Shown here in pieces: positions 54,321 to 64,000 of a DNA stretch of 64,000 nucleotides; the stretch's first letter is position 1, and each line of letters begins with the position of its first letter. The notes under the pieces were generated by a model. It was given only the letters and a program-made list of their open reading frames with translations, made no database searches and was not told the origin of the DNA. Source of the stretch: Trichoplax adhaerens (Eukaryota > Animalia > Placozoa). The stretch covers positions 5,088,123 through 5,152,122 of the forward strand of contig NW_002060944.1 of NCBI RefSeq assembly GCF_000150275.1. Direction: 5' to 3'. The position numbers and the translations under genes are program-made.

Positions 54321-57300
54321 ATGGCATCGACAACAAATAAAAGCACCTCGTCGAATAATTTCTCTCATTTGCCAAAGAGACCTTTAGGGAAAGTTCGTAC
54401 TGATAACAGTCTTTTCTGGTCTGAAGAATACATTGAGGGCGATCCAATTGATTTATGGGGCCGAGTGATTGCAGATTGGGATGATTGCTTGAAGAAAAGG
54501 CCTAAATATATCAAAAAATTAGTTCGATATAATATTCCACAACCACTACGATGTTTACTCTGGCAGTTACTGTCTGGGGCTGATAAACAAAGATACCTTA
54601 TCGAAGGTTATGCTGATTTACTGAAGGTTAGTAAAGTATAAGAATCTTCGGTAAATTAGAATAGTTTACTTTATTAATAATTATTGCGACAAAGTTAAAT
54701 CTAATTAAATAGGTAGACTGAGCATTATTCATAATGCGTTGTATTCGATCGGCTATCTTTTCAATTAGGAAACGTCTCCTCACGAAAAGACGATTAGAAG
54801 AGACATTGACAGAACTTATCCTGATCATCCTAAATTCAGTAGTCCAAATAGCCCTTTACAAGAATCTATGCTTAATATTATGAAGGTTACAAACAAAAAA
54901 ATTATAAATAACTTTTACTGAAATTAGATAAATAAACTAAATCGAAAGCTAGTAATATTTAGGCAATCAATTACCATATGAGTGTGATATTTCTAATATT
55001 CTTTCTCAGGATAATATTCCTTTCAAGACGTAGAATTCTTAAGCTAAAATTCTTTTCATTCTTAATATTCATTTACAAAATCGTGCCTAGACTTTAGACA
55101 GTGTGTACTCCTGTGATTTATACCTTTTTTCTATATGTAAAAAATACTATTGTGCTTGAATGAGACAATCATTTTCTACTGTTATCCTACTCAACAATGT
55201 GCTCACTTTACAAATACACTGTTACCTATGAACATTCTGTAACGCATAATTAATCTTTTTTTTGAATGCAGGCATATTCATTATATGATAAGGAAGTTGG
55301 CTATTGCCAGGGAAATGCATTTATTGCCGGCTTATTATTGCTTGAGGTGATTTTAATAGAGATACGTATACCTGTATTGAGTGTAAATACTTGATTACAA
55401 TGTAGTGCATATTACTAGGAATTCTTACACACAGTGTATAGTTTTCAGCTTCAAACTTGAATTATTTATTCAATTGTAATACGAGACCTTTGCTGTTGGT
55501 ATCGACTTAAATATTATTATATGCTCTATTATCATATGCTCTATTCATGTAGATGCCAGAAGAGGAGGCATTTGCTGTATTTGTGCAAATAATGAGGAAA
55601 TATAACATGCGTGAATTGTGCAAGCCTAATATGGCAGAATTAGCCGTCTGTATGTACCAATTAGAATGCTTGATAGAGGTAAGTATTCGTTTAAATTTCC
55701 GTAAGTAGTAGTAACTTACAGTAATTTGGACTCTGAAACGTTGATCGCTCCAAAGTATATAAATTGATGTTTGCATATTGTGATATCTTTAATCAAGACG
55801 AAGCTTTCTTGCAAATTTCAGTTGATAGCATCAGTTGATCAAAGATAATTACTATCTTGAAACTCTACCTTTGTTATTAATTCAAAGGTTTTTCTTAAGT
55901 GCCTAGCCGTGATGATGTAGTATTACTTGAAAAATACGACTGGGTTGTTTAGTAATCCCTTTTGTTAAAATTTTAAGCCAATACCTAAGTTGTGTATACG
56001 CTTAAATAGGCCATTTCATTTTTCATTCCTAGGAATTATTGCCCGATCTTCATGTCCATTTTCAAGCACAGGTATCTTTACCTACAGTTTACATAATCGT
56101 TCTACCAGCAATATTTTCAGAGTGGATAATTTATCTGGTCTTGTAATTTTCAATATTAGGGGTTTCGAGCTTCTGTTTATGCGTCATCATGGTTTCTTAC
56201 TTTATTTGCGTCGACTGTCTCTCCTGACTTAGCAACTAGAATAATGGATTTCGTATTGGCTGAAGTAAGTAATTATAATTAAAGTCGATTTCTACTAGGA
56301 TGCAATTCATTATGTACTACATAAAGCGAACTATGAACTTATGACGAATGTAAAAACACAAATTAATATAGGGACTAGAATTTATCTTTCGCCTCTCATT
56401 GGCGATATTATCAGTATGTAACAAAGATTTGCTTAAGCTCGATATTGAAGGCATGATTATGGTTAGTTTATTCTTACATCAACTTTTGTTAACATTATTA
56501 ACTAAAAAATATGGAATTGATTTGCATATTTATATGGTACTAATCCTACATATCTATGATAGCACTTTCAGAAAGAATTAACAAAGTATGATAGCATTAC
56601 CGTTCAGGTGCTATTTGATATGGCTTTTACTTTAAAAATAACTCCAAAAAAACTAAAAAAGTGAGCTCTTCTTTTTAAATAGCTAAGTAACTTCAATTAA
56701 TTCTATCGTTTGGGACAAATCTTGAAGGGGCATTTGGGAAGTAGTCAAAAGTAATATCACTAAGAAAGTGTTATATAAATTCTTTGTTAGACTTGAGAAG
56801 GATTATCATACTAGAAAAGCTAAAGAAACTGGTGACGTTGAGCTAATGAAAGTAAGTCTTATGAAGTATAAATAAACGCCAGTATGTGAAGCACAGTTTG
56901 TGGAAAAATAAATGATTAAAGACGTCTTACATTCGCTGACCATATATATATAGACATTTATATTGGATATTTTCCTTTTCAATTTTTAGAAATTCCGGCG
57001 AGATAATACTGTGCTTATGCAGAAAGTAGAAGCGCTAGAAAATGTAAGAATTTTCTCTATAAGATGATATATTTAGCAAGAATTAGCTTAGTATTATACC
57101 GTTTATTTACTATTCAACTACTTTATGGGCTCTCAATTAGGAAAATGCCGCATTTGCTGAGAAAATTATACAGGTATAAATGATTACAGATTACTTCTTT
57201 GTTTTAAAGAATACGTTGCTTATTACATACGATCGGTTGACCAGTCTCATCGTGTTATCATCTCTTATTAGGGTACTGTAAACTATGCTACAACAGCAGA

Positions 57301-58049
57301 AGAATTGGAATTGCTCCATCTGGAGCTCTCCGAAACAAAAAAACGGGAAGCGGCAGCTCAGTCTGAGCTTGTTACTGCTTATAGCCAAATCGAAGAGTTG
57401 AAATCGAATGTGAGTCAACAAGAATAGTGCTGGTGTATTTTAAATTAGAAGTAACTTAGTGGATCTCATTTAACTAATATCAAACGAATTCATCTTTTAG
57501 TTGGAACAATATACACGTTTGGATGATATTGATATGAATGGTAAATCACCAGAAGAAATTGATATGATAACCCGTTTAAAGAAGCAATTATCTGTTTCTC
57601 AGCAAAATCAGGCAGAAACCGCAATTTTACTAAGAAAGATGAAAAAGCATGTTGATGATTTGATTGTAAATGACCCAAATAGTACATTAAAGTTAGAACT
57701 ACGAAGCGCTAATGCTCGTGAAGTAATGTTGAAGGAAGAGCTTGTAGCTTTTAAAGATAAAGTAGCTGATCAAGATAAGAAAATTGATGCACTGGAAAAG
57801 ACTGTAGAGGCGTACAAAGCAGAAATGCAAAGTGCTAATGAGAAAATAACAAAATATCAAGAAAAGGTATTGCAGTCTACATTACCGATTAACTAGCAGT
57901 ATTATTGTTAGAAATTTTGAGGAATACTGTTACTATCTAGACTCCTCTAAATTTTAAAAAATGGTAAACCTACAACTTAGATACTCAGTTTGGGGTCAGC
58001 AGGAGAGGACGTTATTGCAAATGCTTCCAAGAAAACGGATACCGAGTGA
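54321..58049 (+). CDS. EVI5: EVI5/EVI5L-type TBC-domain Rab GAP with C-terminal coiled coil, ~14 coding exons
   Basis: [22 protein letters not shown]...WQLL, catalytic IRRDIDRT and [36 protein letters not shown] and PKKLKKLEKDY, then a coiled coil. Last exon 57981-58049. A possible non-coding first exon ends at a GTAAGT donor near 52930. Confidence 0.92.
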
Positions 58050-60297
58050 TTGGACATCTAGACAACTTAATCACAATTTGAATATATAATTTAATTACTT
58101 ATGACTTTTTATACTGGGTGAGCTGAGAATACATATCTATATTATTCATATAATATGTGCCATTGGTTTAAATGCTGACGGCAATTATGATTTGCACGCA
58201 AATATCTCCATCATGCTAGTAAGAATTATCAATGATATCAGTATGTAGGATAAGAGTCCTATCTTTGCATTTTTTACCTACACAGAACGTATTATTTGTT
58301 TCTTTCGCGTTTCATAATTGAGTTCACGAGACTATTATTGTATAATTACCTTTACGATAAAACTGTTATTTTATTTTCGATTTATATAAACCTTATGATG
58401 TACTGTACTTTGTACCTCACTTGATATGTTATTAAAAATTTTTTGTTAATATTGTATTGTTTTTTGTAATCTTGATGAACACTCTTATGTGATCTGTTAC
58501 AATGCGTATTGAATTATTGTAAGTAAACGGACACTGTATTATCCAGACTTAGAATGTAACTACAGTAGTAGGTTAATTAGGATTCTCTCTCTATATAAAT
58601 ACGTATATACAAGTATATACAGTAGAATTGCTTTATGTCCGCTTATATTCATTTACAGTTTAGTTATAGTAAATTATAGTTTACCGAAATTATCGTGATA
58701 TCATTTTTTCCACGATATACCATCTGCTAGGCTTTAGATTAATTTTATGCTGTAGACTACTTAAAATTTCGATATTGAATTGTATAAAGTATTATTGCAG
58801 TCTCCTTTTCCTCTCAACTAGAAAGGAATGAGATTGATATACTCACCAATTGATAATGTATGCATAACTTTCGTGTGCTGAAGAAATGTGGACATTAAGT
58901 ATAATAACTGATGTATTAGTTTTTGAGATGTGTTGGTACAACTCAAGGCACATGTTGCTATATGTTTGCGCGTAAGCGTATAAGTATATACAGGAGACAC
59001 GATCTAAATGACACTATCAGTTAATCTATCTTAAATTTATTAACCTGGTAAATACGCTTTTTTGTTTATTTTATTTTTCATCTGGTATAACATTCCTGAG
59101 GCAGAAAAAGAATTGTGCAATATCAATTTGGTTTTATGCGCACTAATAATTTAACTTGCTACACTATAACTTATATTTACACTGATATGAAGGAGCTAGT
59201 GAGGATCAAAATAAAAGAATTCAACTTAGGAATATCGGCGTTAACCCTCCATTTTCTTTGTGGTAATAAGAGACTGCCACTAAAATGTGAAACTAGAGTA
59301 AAAGGTTCATACCTCCTAGTATAGTAGAATAACACTTTTGATGGCAAGTAACTATTCCTACACTATAATTATACTTGCTACCATGAACTTTTTAAAACTA
59401 TTCCTGTATAACTGTACTTATGATTGCATATTTGAATATTAAAAACAATTTGCCAATTTGTCTTCTGGTTTCAGTTGTAAATAATCACCATAACTTCCTT
59501 GGCACTATATGTAATAAAGCAAAGTTTTAGCACTGACTGGACAGAAGGCAATACCTCTGGCAGTGCAGCTGCAAACCAGTGTTAAGCCGGATCGTTGCGT
59601 ATACTGTTCTGTGTTTCTCATATGCTTACCACATGCGGCTCTTCAATGGTACTGTGATTGACGATAGCACTTTGTGTTTCTCTTTTAAGTTTATGGCAAT
59701 AATTAATTACTATACAACCACATATAAAACCTCTATATGGCCTAGAATTACGTACTGTGTCGTTCTATAGCAATGACATAGGATACACTCACTGTTTGCG
59801 GCAAATACGATATTATACACGATGTGTAGGTTTCAGATACGTCTATGAATTTTATTATGCCGGCTAGTTGCGAGCTTCGGATCTTACTATGTAATGTGTA
59901 TAAATTATGTAATTAATGTGCAGCTGGGTGTACGGATTCGGCTGGTATAGCAATAATTTCTATATAACTACTTTGTCGGGAGATTGAATATCCTCAATGC
60001 AAATGCTCTATGCATATTTACTGTGTTATGCTCTTCATACGAGTATCATGCTTGAATTCAGCTTGTCAACGATATTGCGATTGCCGTGAGCTTAGGATAG
60101 CACTTACTGGTGGACGAAGGATTTTACTCAATGAGTTCAAAATAAACTTTCAATTTAGTCATCTCCATCTCTGACTCTCTTCTATGACGTGATCAACGAG
60201 ATTCAATGAATGAATAATTTATTATCAATTAAAAATGTTTCATTTTGGTACACGAGTATTATGAGAGAACTCAATATCCTCTATTTCATGCTTGCGT

Positions 60298-61005
60298 CTG
60301 TATTCAATTCTTTAGTGATATTGCGGTTAGTAGTAGGCTCACGAGAGCACTTTCACTTGACGACGTATTACTAAATAAGGGCAAAATAAATTGAAGATTC
60401 CTTTCTGGTCAGTTCTAGACTGTATCTCGTATATTAAATTGGAATGAAAGAACAACTGCTTATCCTGAAATTGACCTAAATACAAACACGATATGCTACA
60501 GTACCGCAGTTAATATATAGCATCTGTATTCAATTTTTCAATGATACTAGCTTGCCCGGATTGCTTCGCCGTGTACATTATTACTTTGCATTGACTGTAC
60601 GCCTATCCCACTCAGTAGTAGGCCATGACTCTAAAATTTGATCCTTACTTTACAGTATAATACTTCGTGTTAATAGTCTCCACGGCGAAGCATGCCAGAC
60701 AAAGCTAGTTCTATTAAATTAGAATGAAGAATGAACCGGATATCTAAAATTGACCTAAATACAAACACTATGTTATACTTCATTAATGCTTTAACGAGGC
60801 ATTCCTAAATGAATCCAAAACAACCTATATTTACAGTTACAAATATTTCATTTTGCTCCATTATATTAATGAATGAATTCTAGCGCTCTAAATGAAAGAA
60901 TTGCATGTCCTGAATTGATCTCAATACAAACACTATTTTCTATCATTATAATTATGCTCAATGCAGTCTCTGTATTCAATTCTTCAGTGATATTGCCGCT
61001 AGTAA
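60298..61005. repeat. Old, degenerate tandem repeat (~3 copies)
   Basis: TCTGTATTCAATT(C/T)TT(T/C)A(G/A)TGATA at ~60298, 60523 and 60969; AATGAA..AATTGA(C/T)CT(A/C)AATACAAACAC at ~60443, 60723 and 60890. Confidence 0.7.
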
Positions 61006-61845
61006 TAAACTCAGGCGAGCACTGCAATACTTTAGTAAATTAGTATTACTAAATTTGGGGTCAATAATAAACTCTAAATTTAGTGCTACCATTGGCTTTA
61101 TGAAATGACGTAATGAAAGGGAAATGAAATTGATATTTGGAACCTTTTCTTGCCGTCCTACCAATGTACCCATACAATACAATCACGCTATACAGAATTA
61201 GTGTATTGTAGCCTAGGACTTGGTCAACTTTTGGATGTGCTTATGTAATGACTCATGGGGTTATTTATAGCAACTGCTGGATTCGAGATTTTTGTTCTAG
61301 TAGTAGCGCAATCATCCCGCCACTAATTAGGTCCATAATGACTGTCACCACTTGAATAAAGTTTTTTTGCGGAGGGCTGCAGCCGTAGGGAATCTTGGTT
61401 AACAGCTCCCCCAAAAATGAAATAAACTAGATACTTTAAACAGTCGACGTATGCCAAAATGTGAACTGATGAAGCGATCAGTAGCTCCAGTATACGCATG
61501 GTGTTTATTAAGTTGTTTTAGCAGACTTGTGCTCCATTACTGTGCCATATCGAGACAGTGAGTTGACTACAGTGCAAGTGTTTAAGCAGGGGGCTTTTAA
61601 AAAATGGACGTTATTCTGTAGTTCTAGCACTATCCATCAATCTTTTACAATGTTTTAAAGGTAAGAAATCGCTAGATTTTTGAAAAAATTGCTTCTTAAG
61701 GAGTCAGCATTAGCGAATTCATTAAGGAGAGGAAGAAAACTTTGATAGAAATCCCTGGTTTAAGACACTCCTGAGGGGCACAGTATGACCTCGTAACGTC
61801 ACTAGTCGATTGGTTTCCGTTTTGTAATTACTGCACTATTATTAT

Positions 61846-62040
61846 ACTGTAGCGTGCAGTACAATACTGTACATTGTACACTATGTTACAGTGTACTGTA
61901 CGGTAAGCACACAAGCAGAGTACTGTACGGTATTGTACAGTACCGTACAGTATGATACCGCAGCCTAAGAATTGCATGATAGACATTGGCGGTGCATGTA
62001 CAGTACCATACTGTACAGTACACTGTACAGCACATACAGT
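61846..62040. promoter_or_regulatory. ACTGT/ACAGT-rich tract immediately upstream of SH3GLB
   Basis: Dense TACTGTAC/GTACAGTA pentamer variants 130-330 bp before the ATG. Confidence 0.5.
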
Positions 62041-62172
62041 ATTAAATTCTCCTTCTCACCGCAGCCAGTCTATTTCACAACGTCACAACATTTGGCTAGT
62101 CAATCAGTGTGGAAAATTTTTCATTAAATTAACGTACATTATTACTAACCTCCATTGCCCTTGCTAGCAATT

Positions 62173-64000
62173 ATGGAATCTTTTCAACGCTTTGCTAACG
62201 ATGCCGCTACGGCTTTCTCTCGTGCTAGACAGGTAAAATGATCATTTAACAGCGTAATCATGGAATTTTTCGTCTATGCTTATTGATCGATTGAACAGGA
62301 CACTCGAGTGGATAGTCGCTGCTCTATACTGTAGTACTCTCTTCCCAACACTACTGTCTTTCACACGTCCTTTTTACCCCTCGGATTGTCAACTTAGCTA
62401 CAATGGCTGTACTTATTTAATAACAACGCCAGACTAGAAAGACATAAAAATTCACGTCTAGAGACGATCAGCAATCAGCGATAGTACAGTATATGGAACA
62501 ACATAGCAAAAGTGTTGTATAGTAAGTTCAATTCTCTGCAACAGCATTAATGAAACTAGTCAAAGACACTCTCGACAGTAATGGCTCAAGGGTTGGAATT
62601 TCACCTTTCCTATTTTCCATTGCATGTATCTAAGTATATTTCATGATAACCTACAGTACATTTCCAAGTATAAATGAAAGAATCAACTGTTATATCGATA
62701 GCCCCAACTAGTATAACCAGTGAATTTTTTCTCTGCAGTGCGTTGAAAACACAGACATTTTTTTGGCTACTTCGGTTGTTCAACGGATGACGTTACTGTC
62801 GATGACGCACAATAATACTGTACAGTGCACAGTGTCTTGCGTCGGCTTAGTATCACAATACTGCTGTAAGTAATGGAAGGCTATGGTAATACTGTAGCTA
62901 CACTACGTGGCTACATGCTAGGATCGACTGGTGAGAAACGCCTTAACTCAATTAAATTGTCAATCGAACGTTGGATCGATCGCTTATTTGAATTTCTTGA
63001 TCATTTCTAAAGCCGTGCTTGTCATCACTAGGTAGAATGATTGCGATCAACCCAATCTATTCAGCATATACAGTTGTTAAAATGATAAGAGCCCGTTTTG
63101 GGGGTGCTTGTATACTGTAGAACATGAAATCTTCATACATCACTCATGAACAGTGAGCAATATGTTACATCCGTCCAATAACGAGAAGAACACCATCAAC
63201 GTTGTAGATAGTGATCAACATTGTTTCAATTTCATCAATCTCTGATTTTTAATTCTGGGGGTTAATAGGAGTATACTTTTATTACCACACAACAACAGTG
63301 GCATAGAGTAGCATACCGAGGATAAAATGACATTCACGCACATCATGTTATTACACCTAGACAATATTTACTGCCATGTTCGTTGACACTACTAGTAAAG
63401 CTACTAATATTAGATTAGAGGGGAAGAGTGTGGTATGCACTTGGAAAATCCAAAATGATTGGATGGATAATAAAATTGAGATGAGAAATATTCGACTATT
63501 TTTCTCATTCCCATAATAATTCTACTATGAATGATCATTTTATCTCCATTACAATACAATCATTTGTATCAACTTATCAAAAGTACTTGTAAAATCATGA
63601 ACCACAATCGTACACTGTGTTGCTTTTACTTTCATATCCCTCAAATAACTACATCGATTAAAATTATATATTTACTTTGCTATGCTATAGTATCCTTGTA
63701 ATCGGATGAAAGACAGAGCTAAATCAGTAGATCAATATCTCTTCAATACATACAAAAAATGACTTAGAATATAATCGTGCATCATTAGTCTACAATGCCA
63801 TCATCGATCTTGTTTAGAATGATAACCGCAGTATTATTCAGGCAATTGATCGATCAGATGACTTGAAAGATTATTGTTACTATTTGGATGAGTAGTAAGC
63901 GTATCATTTTCTTGGATATATCTAGTATACTGAAGAGAAAATTGGCCATTCAGAAAAGACTCAATACGATCCTCAATTTGAAAATTTACAACGTAGAGCT
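62173..64000 (+). CDS. SH3GLB1: Endophilin-B (N-BAR/SH3), first two coding exons; gene continues beyond the window
   Basis: Exon 62173-62232 (MESFQRFANDAATAFSRARQ) plus exon 63926-64000 (YTEEKIGHSEKTQYDPQFENLQRRA) match endophilin-B KKLAADAGTFLSRAVQFTEEKLGQAEKTELDAHLENL. Both exons are absent from the ORF track. Confidence 0.88.

Overview
AT-rich eukaryotic (animal) genomic DNA with compact, short-intron genes. The composition and gene style resemble a placozoan such as Trichoplax (inference, not verified). By splicing exons manually I reconstruct ten protein-coding genes: TADA1 (-, 3' end outside the window), two convergent TEX264-like paralogues flanking a 4-TM MS4A/CD20-like gene, a Gfi1/senseless SNAG-zinc-finger gene with a ~10 kb gene-free upstream region, divergent RPAP2 and RABGGTB, a 3-exon pappalysin (PAPP-A), an EVI5-type Rab-GAP, and the first two exons of endophilin-B (SH3GLB). 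Four things stand out. (1) Seven of the ten genes have human orthologues on chromosome 1, including the adjacent RPAP2-GFI1-EVI5 trio. (2) Dense proneural-type E-box clusters, Su(H)-type sites and Gfi self-binding sites surround the Gfi/senseless gene. (3) Unrelated 100-310 bp tandem arrays and 5-bp-periodic ACTGT/CGGAC tracts recur just upstream of gene starts. (4) One array carries a hairpin whose copy-to-copy variants are all G-U compatible. No rRNA, tRNA, CRISPR array or intact transposon was found.
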